Part shown: piece by piece, positions 39,292 through 49,559 of the stretch
Layout of the letters: the number at the start of each line of letters is the position of its first letter
Position numbering within the stretch: position 1 is the first letter of the stretch
Assembly: GCA_038845975.1 (NCBI GenBank)
Contig: JAWBQF010000010.1
Coordinates: forward strand, 4,195 to 68,194
Reading direction: 5' to 3'
DNA length: 64,000 bases
Source of the DNA: Candidatus Methanomethylicia archaeon
GTDB taxonomy: Archaea; Thermoproteota; Methanomethylicia; CALHIW01
Notes under the pieces: model-generated
Databases searched by the model: none
The model's input: only the letters and a program-made list of their open reading frames with translations
What the model was told of the DNA's origin: nothing
Translations under genes and position numbers: made by a program

Positions 39292-40830
39292 ATGAGTTAC
39301 GATATCATTATAACTAGCGATAGAACAATGATAAGTAACCATCACAGTAACGAGTTTTTGGGATTTTTAACTACAAGCCCATCAATGGGGTTACCCGAAC
39401 CTATCTGGATGTGGCTTGCAGCTCCTAAAGTTAAAGTTGATAAGATAGGTAGACCTATTCAAGCACCATACGGTCTAAGAAAAATCGAAGCAGCACTTCA
39501 AAACGCTGGATTTAAAGCAGCTATTATAGATCCAGACCATATTTACAAGCATCTAGATAAAGCTAAAATAGTCATGATAGGACATCACGACTACTTCGCA
39601 TTAGGACCACCAAGCTGTGAATGGATGATGATTACAGGTAGAGAGCCTGTAAATGCTAGAAGCTTCCGTAGATTTATGGAGAGGTTTACACAAGCAGCAA
39701 GAAATAAAGATATTAAAATTGTTGTTGGAGGGCCTGCAGCATGGCAATGGCTATACATGCCTAAACTAATAGAGAAGTATAGAATTTCAACAATTATTGA
39801 CGGAGAGGCTGATAAGATTATAACTTATATAGCTCAAAAAATATTGCGTGGAGATTCTTTACCTAAATATATACAAGTTAGTTTAAACGATACACCTAGA
39901 CTTGATGAAATACCATTAATAAAATATCCGTCGGTTAATGGATTTATTGAGGTTATGAGGGGGTGCCCACGTAAATGTAGATTTTGCAGTGTAACTCTTA
40001 GACCACTTAGAATATATACTTTTAACATGATAGAAAGAGAGCTTAAAGTAAATAGTTTAGCAGGTATAAGAAAAGGAATACTTCATGCAGAGGATTTACT
40101 ACTATATGGTAGTGATGGAGTAAAACCTAAACCGGAACCGCTAATAAAACTCCATGAACTTGTTAAAAAATACTATATGAACATTGCTTGGAGTCATGTA
40201 AGCCTATCAACTGTAAAGTATGGTCAAGAAAACTTTAAACTTATCTCGAAGCTAACTGAAATAATATATGGTAGTGGACAAAGCTGGATTGGAGTAGAGG
40301 TTGGAGTAGAAACAGGATCAGTAAGGCTTGCTAGAAGAATTATGCCTATGAAGGCTTTACCATATCCGCCTGAAACATGGCCTGAAGTCGTTGAGGATGC
40401 ATTCATGATAATGCATGAACATAGAATTATACCGGCTGCAACCATTATAATAGGTCTCCCAGACGAAACTGAAGATGACGTTTTAGAAACAATAGAGCTT
40501 ATGGATAAGCTGAAGAAATATCGAAGCCTTATAGTTCCAATGTTTTTCGTACCAATGGGAACATTAAAAGATAAAAATTGGTTTAAAATATTAAATATTA
40601 GAGAAGCGCATGAAGAACTTCTGGTTAAATGCTTTAGACATAGCATATACTGGGCTGAAGATATACTTTCAAAATTCTATCTAAGAGAACCACATCAAGC
40701 ACCACTAAATATTCTTCTAAAAACGGTAATAAACTACTTTAAGATCAAAACAAGAAGTTTTCTAAAGTATTACGAAAATAGAAGTTTAACAACTAAACTT
40801 AAAATATGCTGTACAGCAAGGGTCCAATAA
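39292..40830 (+). CDS. Radical SAM protein with N-terminal B12-binding-like domain
   Basis: CxxxCxxC motif in MRGCPRKCRFCSV, preceded by a ~230-aa Rossmann-like N-domain. ATG at 39292 lies behind AGGTGA; the track ORF starts at 39217. Confidence 0.75.
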   Translation: MSYDIIITSDRTMISNHHSNEFLGFLTTSPSMGLPEPIWMWLAAPKVKVDKIGRPIQAPYGLRKIEAALQNAGFKAAIIDPDHIYKHLDKAKIVMIGHHDYFALGPPSCEWMMITGREPVNARSFRRFMERFTQAARNKDIKIVVGGPAAWQWLYMPKLIEKYRISTIIDGEADKIITYIAQKILRGDSLPKYIQVSLNDTPRLDEIPLIKYPSVNGFIEVMRGCPRKCRFCSVTLRPLRIYTFNMIERELKVNSLAGIRKGILHAEDLLLYGSDGVKPKPEPLIKLHELVKKYYMNIAWSHVSLSTVKYGQENFKLISKLTEIIYGSGQSWIGVEVGVETGSVRLARRIMPMKALPYPPETWPEVVEDAFMIMHEHRIIPAATIIIGLPDETEDDVLETIELMDKLKKYRSLIVPMFFVPMGTLKDKNWFKILNIREAHEELLVKCFRHSIYWAEDILSKFYLREPHQAPLNILLKTVINYFKIKTRSFLKYYENRSLTTKLKICCTARVQ

Positions 40831-41208
40831 CAATATCTAATAAAAGCTAACTGAATTTATAGATTGTCCTTCTCCACTCTTATAATTAGAAGCTAATTAA
40901 AAACCTCATAATCATCCTAAATAGGAAAATTACATAGAAATTTACAGCTATGTATCAGAATATCTATCATCTCTACGAATATCTAAATACTTATTAGTCC
41001 TGAAAGTTATCAATGAAGCTGGAATCCAACTTAACCGATTGCTTACATTATTATTGCATCTATTATTTGTAGTATAATTAATCAGTAGATTGATGTTTTC
41101 CAACATCATATATGAGGAAATACATAATTTCTCTACCATTCCATTCCCTGTAAACTTTAAGTTTATGTATTAGTGACTTAAGTTGACAAGATACAGTACC
41201 CTAGCATC

Positions 41209-41440
41209 AGGACCTGGCAACTTAAGCTTTAAGATTTCCTTATTCATTATGCTTATTGATGTGACATGATTGATTTATTATTGTTAAGCCTACATATCAA
41301 ATATTAAAATTCATAGGTGGAGGAAATGGTTTAATGAATTCCCATATGCCATTACCTAATTCTCTAAACTCCACGATAGAACCTATAATCAGCACGACTT
41401 AAATAATTTTTAGGCGAGTTCAATCTTAAGTTGCCACGTC
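41209..41440. mobile_element. 232-bp MITE with GGCAACTTAAG terminal inverted repeats
   Basis: Termini are AGGACCTGGCAACTTAAG and CTTAAGTTGCCACGTCC. It is flanked by CTAGCATC (41201-41208) and CTAGCACC (41441-41448), an 8-bp TSD with 1 mismatch. No ORF. Confidence 0.75.
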
Positions 41441-41488
41441 CTAGCACCAAGTAGAAACATTTAAATTGATTAGAGAACATTTAAAGTT

Positions 41489-41884
41489 ATGGTTTCAACA
41501 GTTATAATTAGCTTAATTGCCGGATGGATTACAGCTGCATTTGCAATGTGGATGGCTGCAAGAATAGTTGCTGGAAGTAAAGCTACATTTATTGGGTCAT
41601 TACTTATAGCAGTTATTGGGCCAATTCTAGTATTTACCTCACTTATACTTTCTACTCCACTACTGGGTTCATTAAGTATTTTATTAGCATTAATACTTTG
41701 GCTATGGGCTGTAAAATCAATATTTGGAGTAGGATGGATTTCAGCATTTGCAATAACCATACTTTCAACATTCACATTTCTAGTAGCAATAATAATTGTG
41801 AGTATAGTTCTAGGTATAAGTGAGTTTATGCTTTCAATATTGAGAAGACTTATAGAGGGATATCCACATATTGTTAGATTTTAA
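41489..41884 (+). CDS. Hypothetical small membrane protein (about 4 TM helices)
   Basis: 131 aa, almost entirely hydrophobic helices. It is sandwiched between the 232-bp MITE and the IR-bounded repeat region. The antisense ORF 41470-41775 is rejected. Confidence 0.5.
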   Translation: MVSTVIISLIAGWITAAFAMWMAARIVAGSKATFIGSLLIAVIGPILVFTSLILSTPLLGSLSILLALILWLWAVKSIFGVGWISAFAITILSTFTFLVAIIIVSIVLGISEFMLSILRRLIEGYPHIVRF

Positions 41885-41919
41885 CGAATGCTCTTTAATA
41901 AGATTTTGTGGTTAGTTTC

Positions 41920-42600
41920 AGCTTGCTAACTTAAGCATGTTGATTATTCTATTTTGGTGTTTTGTTTCTATGAATTCTTAGCTTTCATTTTTTCATTAAT
42001 TTATGTTTATTAGCTATACTATTGATCTCATAAGCATTGATACATGTTCATTATCGCATTTATCCTTCATGCATGGTATATAATTATCGAACAGCTTAGC
42101 TCTATCCTTAACATACCGTATTATCCTCTCCATTAAATTCCTAACTTCTAAAATATATCATGTTTAAACTCAATATTCTTCATGCTATAATATTGAGCAC
42201 CATCACTCAATACAATTATATTAGAACTGTAAATGGCTCTGATCTTCTAATGTTAAAATGTAAGTATGTTCACATCATCATAAACAATGTGAGAATCCTC
42301 CTCAATAATGGCTTAGCAACACAAACAATCTTATTTTAGAACTTACATTAATGATTGCACCATCAGCCATAAATCCCAATATCCCTCCTATCAAATAGAA
42401 ATCTTAAGATAAACCATAACATAGATACAACTCCTACAAAAATAAAACTTAAAATATCAGAAGCCATCCTAAATGAATGAAAATATAAGCAATAAACAAA
42501 TAGAATAAATGAAGACCTCTCCCAACAAATCTAACAACTTTAACCATACTAACACCATAAATAAGGTAAACTCCAAAATAAAGCTAAAGTTCACAAAGCC
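41920..42600 (-). mobile_element. IS6-like insertion sequence relic (copy B), shortened and degenerate
   Basis: Aligns along its length with copies A and C. The left end AGCTTGCTAACTTAAGCATG and right end AAAGTTCACAAAGCC are mutated. No ORF of 60 aa or more and no clean TSD. Confidence 0.65.
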
Positions 42601-43500
42601 TTGTTTTCTGATTTTTCTATGAGTGTTTTGATCTTTTCTAGTGGGTTTGTTCTAGTTTAGGATTGTTTGAGTGATTAGTGGTGTTCGATGTTCTGGATGT
42701 GGTTCTATGAAGATTAAGAGTTATGGGAATTGTAGGCTTGATTTAAGAGTATTTCTGTTTGTAAGGGATATTTAATAGTTAGGGCTGTATGATATTCTAT
42801 TATTCTAGATTTAGGGAATGTTATTCTCATAATGTTCTAGGCTTACGTAATTCATATATGGTTTAATGCTTCTAATAGGAGTCTAATGACTGTATTTAGG
42901 TTTTTGGGAAACTTATGTTGAGGATTAGAGATGGAATTGGTAAGATTGAGTTTAATGGTGTTCTTGAGTTGATGAACTATACGTTAGTACTGATTGGAGA
43001 GTAGAGTAATAGTATATTATTAACATCTAGGTAGAGTACATAGACATAGATCTTTAGGAAGTATGGATTATGGAGTTACAATAAGCTAGTTATACTCATA
43101 CTTTAGTATGAATATGTTTCATCAAGTATTGTTGAGTCTAAATAGTCCTCAAGATAATAGGTAGAGAATTGAGAATAACTCAACAACATATACTGATAGC
43201 TTCAACAAACTTACTAAGTAAGCTAAATATACTCATGAATATATAAACAACATTCAGAATGAATCAAGAAGAATACCAGATAACAACCTCAAGAATAAAC
43301 ATCAACAACTAAGCCATAATTAACAATTCAACACAAGAAATACAACAATATAAACCTAACCCAACAACATCCAAGCATGTAAAAAACAAAAAGACAAACC
43401 AACAAAGGCAACCATAAAATCATAAATAACTTATATATCAATAATCCCAAAACCTTATTAAAGAGCGTTAACAAAAACTTTATACGTTTTCCGAATATTA

Positions 43501-44940
43501 ATGTTTGTGCCTGATATTGATACTATAGGCTATATTGGAGGATTAAGTAAGCTAAGTAATATTCGATTCATACTTAAATACTTAACTGGACGATGCCTAA
43601 GAGATAAAGAGAGACGAGTAGAAGTAGCTTTACAACTTTACACAAATACTAGAAGTAATGCCTGCTTTACATGTAAGCATATTGTCTATCCAGTAATTAG
43701 TAAAATTATTAAAAGAGGAGCTGAAAGCTTTGGAGTACCTGAATGGAAAATGAAGGAGAAATTTAAAGACCCATATTGGAGGAGAGGGCTTGCCTGTGTT
43801 CTTATAGGGGTTGCTAAGTACGGCATACAAAGACCATTTACACCAGGAGTACCATTTCTAATCGTATGGGATTATACTTATGCATGTAATCTTAAGTGTA
43901 AACACTGCTATAGTAGTGCTGGTAAACCTTTAAAAGATGAGATGGGAAGAAAAGAAGCTTTGAAAGTTGTTAGCATTCTTGGAGACATCGGTGTACCATC
44001 AGTGGCATTTTCAGGTGGGGAGCCACTAGTAAGAAACGATATATTTGACGTTTTAAAGCTATGTAAGGAATACCGTATATTTACTGCAATAGCTACAAAC
44101 GGTACTACTTTAACCAGGGAAAATGTTGAGAAACTTAAAAGTAGTGGAGTTGGATATTTACAGATTAGTCTTGATGGAGTAAGTCCTAAAACACATGATA
44201 GCTTTAGGGGAATAAATGGAGTTTTTAATAGAGTTATTGAGGGAATAAAAAATGCTGTTGAATCAGGAATATTTGTTGAAGTAGCAACAACAGTAACCAA
44301 GTTAAACATTCATGAAATTAGTGACATTATAGATTTATGTAGAAGGCTTAAAGTCAACTGGTTTATGGCATATAACTTCATACCTACGGGAAGAGGAAGA
44401 GAAGTAGTCAATCTTGATCTTTCACCAAGTGAAAGGGAGGAATTGCTTAAAAACCTATGGATTGAGGCTTTAAAAGGAGGCTTAACTGTTTTAACTACAG
44501 CTCCACAATTTGCACGAGTTGCACTAATAAATTCAAAGAATATTAATGAAGCTATAGTACCAACGCATTTCTACTCAATGAAGCTACCAGGTAAACTTGC
44601 GGAGTTAAGCGAATTTGTTGGTGGATGTGGAGCTGGAAGAAGCTACTGTGCAATAGAGCCTGATGGAACTATTCAGCCATGTGTGTTTTTACCAGTAAGA
44701 GTTGGAAACATCCTCATTGATAATTTTGAGTATTTATGGGATAATAGTGAATTACTTATAAAATTAAGAAATAAAGACCTACTGAAAGGAAACTGTGGAG
44801 TATGTAAGTATAGATATGTTTGTGGTGGATGTAGAGCAAGAGCATATGCATACTTTAACGACTACATGGCTCCTGATCCCGGCTGTATATATAATGCTCA
44901 ATACATACCTGAATTAAAAACAAGAATATATTCAAAATAG
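43501..44940 (+). CDS. Radical SAM/SPASM-domain protein with ~110-aa N-terminal extension
   Basis: CNLKCKHCY radical-SAM cluster. The C-terminal SPASM cysteines are GGCGAGRSYCAIEPDGTIQPCVF and CGVCKYRYVCGGCRARAY. The true start is uncertain. Confidence 0.75.
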   Translation: MFVPDIDTIGYIGGLSKLSNIRFILKYLTGRCLRDKERRVEVALQLYTNTRSNACFTCKHIVYPVISKIIKRGAESFGVPEWKMKEKFKDPYWRRGLACVLIGVAKYGIQRPFTPGVPFLIVWDYTYACNLKCKHCYSSAGKPLKDEMGRKEALKVVSILGDIGVPSVAFSGGEPLVRNDIFDVLKLCKEYRIFTAIATNGTTLTRENVEKLKSSGVGYLQISLDGVSPKTHDSFRGINGVFNRVIEGIKNAVESGIFVEVATTVTKLNIHEISDIIDLCRRLKVNWFMAYNFIPTGRGREVVNLDLSPSEREELLKNLWIEALKGGLTVLTTAPQFARVALINSKNINEAIVPTHFYSMKLPGKLAELSEFVGGCGAGRSYCAIEPDGTIQPCVFLPVRVGNILIDNFEYLWDNSELLIKLRNKDLLKGNCGVCKYRYVCGGCRARAYAYFNDYMAPDPGCIYNAQYIPELKTRIYSK

Positions 44941-44948
44941 TCAATTTG

Positions 44949-45206
44949 CTATGTTGAAACATGCTCTAAAACTTCTCTAATAACATCTCCAACCCCAATA
45001 TCTGAAATATTAGAAGATATAAATACACTTAAAGAGTTTAAATCATCTAGCCCGAACATGTTTCTAAAAGCAGTTATGATAAGTCTCCTAAAATCACTTA
45101 GAAGCTCAAGTGAAGCTATAAGCTTATATGTTTCAACAATTACCTTTCTCGCTTCAGCCATAAGCTTTCTATTTTCCTCACAAACGGTCTTAACATCATC
45201 TACCAT
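44949..45206 (-). CDS. Hypothetical protein
   Basis: 85-aa ORF with coding-like composition and no recognised motif. Confidence 0.3.
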   Translation of the reverse strand: MVDDVKTVCEENRKLMAEARKVIVETYKLIASLELLSDFRRLIITAFRNMFGLDDLNSLSVFISSNISDIGVGDVIREVLEHVST

Positions 45207-45375
45207 CTTAATCAGAATATATATCCACTAATATCTTTAACAATTACGATATATTTAACAATTAAACACAACTTATTTTTCCTAGAAATACATTTATAAT
45301 ACTGTCTTCCACCTATAGAAACTATAATTAGATTTAAAAATTTAAGTAAGAACTCTTTAAAATCTAGGTGTTTAA

Positions 45376-46752
45376 ATGTTTAATGTTAGAGTTAGAGGAA
45401 TTTACGCTACTGCTATAACTAGGCTTTGCATGGATTGGGGGTTTAGGATTGTTCAGCCAACCGAGACTATTATCGATAGGTTTAGACTTACAGATTTAAA
45501 GGAACCGCCTGACATCACCATTAAAGATTTGGAAAGCAAAGATGGAATTATAATTATTGGTTTACGTAGAGCTGTAGAGGAAGTATTAAAAAAGCTAGAA
45601 ATATATTTTCCAGAAGTTATTGTTTTAAAGTGTTTAATGCCTATACGCTCTATTGTTAAGGGTATTGTTAAAGATTTTAGAAATGGTGAATACATAGTTG
45701 AGGTTAAACCAAATATATATGGTGTTTTAAAGGGAAACTTTAGGATAGGAGATGTTATTACAGTATCTGTTGCTAAAACATCTTTCACGCGTAACAACTA
45801 CTTAAAACTTTCAAGTAGTCTATGGATTAAGGGGAGATATGCATATTTAATTCAAGATAGTAAGGTTATTGTAAGCAGACACATTAGAGACCGTAACATT
45901 AGAAGGGAATTGTCTTCATTAGGGCTTCTCTTTAAAGAGAAGGGATGGGGTGTTAAGTGGAGAAGTTCAGCACAGTATGCTAATATACCCTCCTTAATGG
46001 AGGAATTAAAGAAACTCTATGAAAAAGCTAGAGAAATACTTAAAAGCTCTGAAAAAACACCATATGTGGAGCTGATTGATGGAGAATATATTGCTAAAGT
46101 TATTTTCCCGTCAACTACTAAAATAGAGCTAGATAAAATTAGAAGTAAAACTATTCCAACAGTATATAAGCATCATATCTACAAGTCGAGTGGAAAAATA
46201 GGATCAGTACTTGTTGATTTTGCTGAAAAAATACTTAACGAATTTAATGTAGATGTAGTATCAGGAGATCTACATGAATTCATGATTGAACTACTAAGGC
46301 AAAGGAGTAAAGTAGAAATACTACATATTAAACCTTCAGGAGAAATTATAAGTTTAACTCCAGGCTCAATCATAGAAATAAATAAGGAAAAACTAATTCT
46401 GAAAAGAAGATTAACTGCCGGTGGCAGATATGATGGATTAAACATTCCTAAAGAAGAAGGAGATTATGACATAATGGAGGTTAAACCAAATGAATGGACT
46501 ATTACACATAGCTACTACTCAAAAAATAGAGTATTAAAGGGCAGATATATCAATATAAATACACCACCAGAAATAACATACAAATATATTAAGTATATAG
46601 ATTTAATCGTAGATATTGTCATACTACCAAATGGAGAAGTTAAAATTCTAGATTTGGAGGAATTTGATAAGCTATGTAGTGAGGGAGTAGTATCTAGTTA
46701 TATTAGAACTAAGGTCAACAATATTATTAGCTCCTTTAATACTGCTCAATAA
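45376..46752 (+). CDS. fau-1: Probable ribonuclease FAU-1 (RNase E/G-like, DUF402 C-terminal domain)
   Basis: N-terminus VRVRGIYATAITRLCMDWGFRIVQPTE matches the conserved FAU-1 start. 458 aa. Confidence 0.7.
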   Translation: MFNVRVRGIYATAITRLCMDWGFRIVQPTETIIDRFRLTDLKEPPDITIKDLESKDGIIIIGLRRAVEEVLKKLEIYFPEVIVLKCLMPIRSIVKGIVKDFRNGEYIVEVKPNIYGVLKGNFRIGDVITVSVAKTSFTRNNYLKLSSSLWIKGRYAYLIQDSKVIVSRHIRDRNIRRELSSLGLLFKEKGWGVKWRSSAQYANIPSLMEELKKLYEKAREILKSSEKTPYVELIDGEYIAKVIFPSTTKIELDKIRSKTIPTVYKHHIYKSSGKIGSVLVDFAEKILNEFNVDVVSGDLHEFMIELLRQRSKVEILHIKPSGEIISLTPGSIIEINKEKLILKRRLTAGGRYDGLNIPKEEGDYDIMEVKPNEWTITHSYYSKNRVLKGRYININTPPEITYKYIKYIDLIVDIVILPNGEVKILDLEEFDKLCSEGVVSSYIRTKVNNIISSFNTAQ

Positions 46753-47562
46753 AACATCATAAAATGCAGTTGTATTAAGTCTATAAAGTACTTAAGTGTT
46801 TAAGTTATGTTCTAAGCTTACTTCTAAACAGGGTATATCGAAATATTATTTTGTTGTATTTTATGCTTGTAAGGTGGGAATATAGGGTTTATGATGTTAG
46901 ATGCTAAATGATTCTAATTTTTCAGTTTCGATTCGGTTGGCGGAGGTTTAAGAAGTTTAGCTTATGCTTGAAGTATTGGTTTAGAGAGCTGTTTAAGGTT
47001 TATATATGCTAGGTTTATTTGATGGAAGAATTCTACTACTTTAGCTATTAGGATTGAGCATCTTCCTAGTTAAATTGTTATAAATGTATACTCTTCATCA
47101 TGTAAAGTAAGTTATGACTACATAGTTTCGATTTAACAGTTTCACTAACTGTATAGAATCTACATGAGCTTCTTATGTATAAGAGCTTAATGGAATCATG
47201 CTAGTTCATACTAATACAACATTAGAGTTCGTAAAAAGTATTCTGATTAGTATTTGATGATAGAGTACTTAATGCCAACTAAATAATTTAGCTAAGGAAT
47301 ATATTTTAATCGTCCTAGAGGCATAAGTAGAATTAGAATAGATATAGATTCTTTAACACGAACTCTACAACTAGATATACTGGCGGGAAGACTTCGAAAT
47401 TCTAAAAGTAAAGTTTAGGGATAGACTAAACCAGAAAGAAGAATCAATAACAGGATGAATCTAAGGATCATATATCAACTAAAATACTCATGAGGGACTA
47501 TAGATGAACAATTAAGCACTATTGTTAAGGCTAAAATTTATAAATTCTTTAGGAGGTTATAA

Positions 47563-48504
47563 GTGGTTAATATGAGTTCATGGGATGAATCTATAGCTAA
47601 AGCTGTTGAGAAGGTAAGTCCGTCTGTTGTTGCTGTAGGAAGTTTAAGGATTGCTCATGATTACTTCCTTCAACCCATACCAATAACAGGTTTAGGTTCA
47701 GGAGTTATTATAGATGGGAATGGATACATATTAACCAACTATCATGTTGTTGAGGGTGTGGAACGTATAGAAGTAGCATTAAGTGGTGGTAGAGTGTTAA
47801 GAGGTGAAATTGTAGGTGTTGATCGGAGAACAGATCTAGCATTATTGAAAGTCAATATGAAGAACTTACCAGCAGCGATACTTGGAGATTCGTTAAAACT
47901 AAAAGTTGGACATATTGTTTTAGCTATAGGTAACCCATTTGGTCTATTAGGGGAGCCTACAGTTACTATTGGTGTTGTAAGCGCATTGAAAAGAACAATA
48001 AAGTCTGAAAGAGGAGTTTTTGAGGATATGATTCAAACAGATGCTCATATTAATCCTGGAAATTCAGGTGGACCTCTTATAAACCTTAATGGGGAAGTTG
48101 TTGGCATAAACACAGCTATAATTCCATTTGCTCAAGGAATTGGATTTGCAATACCAATAAACACAGCTAAGAAAGTTGTTAACGATCTTATAAATTATGG
48201 AAGAGTATTAAGACCCTGGATTGGTATTCAAGGTGTTGATATAAATGAAAAAATGGCTGAATATTATGGATTACCGATAAGTAAAGGATGCTTAGTCATA
48301 GATGTTGCTCCTAATGGACCTGCAGGCTATTACGGTATTCAACCTGGTGATATTATAACTGCAATTAGTGGTAGGGAAGTAGACTGTACGGAGAAGTTAA
48401 AGTCAATAATTGAGAGAATGAATATTGGAGACATAATTGAGATAACTATTATTAGAGGAGATAAAATAGTAAACATACCTATAGAGCTAGGCTATTTAGA
48501 ATAG
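47563..48504 (+). CDS. HtrA/DegP-family serine protease with PDZ domain
   Basis: Catalytic triad contexts are TNYHVV, DLALLKV and GNSGGPL. There is a C-terminal PDZ-like segment. GTG start behind AGGAGG. Confidence 0.85.
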   Translation: MVNMSSWDESIAKAVEKVSPSVVAVGSLRIAHDYFLQPIPITGLGSGVIIDGNGYILTNYHVVEGVERIEVALSGGRVLRGEIVGVDRRTDLALLKVNMKNLPAAILGDSLKLKVGHIVLAIGNPFGLLGEPTVTIGVVSALKRTIKSERGVFEDMIQTDAHINPGNSGGPLINLNGEVVGINTAIIPFAQGIGFAIPINTAKKVVNDLINYGRVLRPWIGIQGVDINEKMAEYYGLPISKGCLVIDVAPNGPAGYYGIQPGDIITAISGREVDCTEKLKSIIERMNIGDIIEITIIRGDKIVNIPIELGYLE

Positions 48505-48507
48505 CTT

Positions 48508-49203
48508 ATGGAGAAAATAATAGTAGATAGAGAATTAACGAATAAGTATTACGTATTTAAAGATAGGGAGGAAGCAGCAGTAAGGCTTGCTAAAATGATT
48601 AAAACGAAAGAATTAGTAGATCCAGTAGTGTTAGCAATACCTTCAGGAGGAGTACCGGTAGGTGCTACATTAGCTTTAATACTTAAATGCGAGTTTAACC
48701 TATTAATTTGTAGAAAACTCCACTTTCCAAACAATCCAGAAGCAGGATTTGGAGCTGTAAATCCTGATGGTGACATAGTGCTTAATAGAGAACTTATAAA
48801 TTACCTCAACATTAACAGGGAACTTATAAATATGGTTATAAAGCTGGAAATTGAAGAGATAAAGAAACGTTTTGAAGTTTTCAGATTGATAGAAACATCA
48901 ATTAACAATAGGAGCACTATAATAACTGATGATGGACTTGCATCAGGTTACACTATGCTTTCAGCTGTTAAATACGTTAAAAAGAGAAAACCGGAGAAAA
49001 TCATTGTGGCAATACCAACAGCATCTATAAGTGCATTAAATTTAGTAGCTCCACACGTAGATGTTATTTATTGTGTTAATGTTAGGGATGATACATATGG
49101 TTTTGCCGTTGCAGATGCTTATAAAAACTGGTATGATGTAAATGATGTTGAAGTATTATCATATATTAATAAATTTAAAAGTGAAAAACTTAACATGAAA
49201 TGA
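48508..49203 (+). CDS. Phosphoribosyltransferase-family protein
   Basis: PRT loop TIITDDGLASGYTM. 231 aa. Lies 3 nt after htrA. Confidence 0.65.
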   Translation: MEKIIVDRELTNKYYVFKDREEAAVRLAKMIKTKELVDPVVLAIPSGGVPVGATLALILKCEFNLLICRKLHFPNNPEAGFGAVNPDGDIVLNRELINYLNINRELINMVIKLEIEEIKKRFEVFRLIETSINNRSTIITDDGLASGYTMLSAVKYVKKRKPEKIIVAIPTASISALNLVAPHVDVIYCVNVRDDTYGFAVADAYKNWYDVNDVEVLSYINKFKSEKLNMK

Positions 49204-49559
49204 CTATAGAAACAATATGTTCCTTATATCTTACTATTGTAAATTAATACGTTACTTAATTGAATTTAATAATTCATAATGTTAAACTGTTGATTTTGTA
49301 TAGAAATAGTTTCAAAATATTTAAGCTTTTCATATTTAATGTGTATTATTATGCACGTGAAGTATTACTAGTTATTAACTAGTTAAACATTAATTCAATG
49401 AGAACTATTGTTTAAATATATTAACATTACTATAGTTAATATATTTCAAGAATCATGTTTAAACTTCATTAAGTAGGGTGAATCATGTTTAATAGGGACT
49501 TAGATTTCAAAGTTTAAAATCAAAGAAAGATTTTTAAAAGGATATAGGGTAAATACATT

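Noticed and set aside
40948-41139. 63-aa minus-strand ORF in the intergenic tract after the B12-rSAM gene
   Set aside because: It is Asn/Ile-rich and lies in ORF-poor repeat-laden DNA, with no SD-like motif. It is probably a chance ORF.
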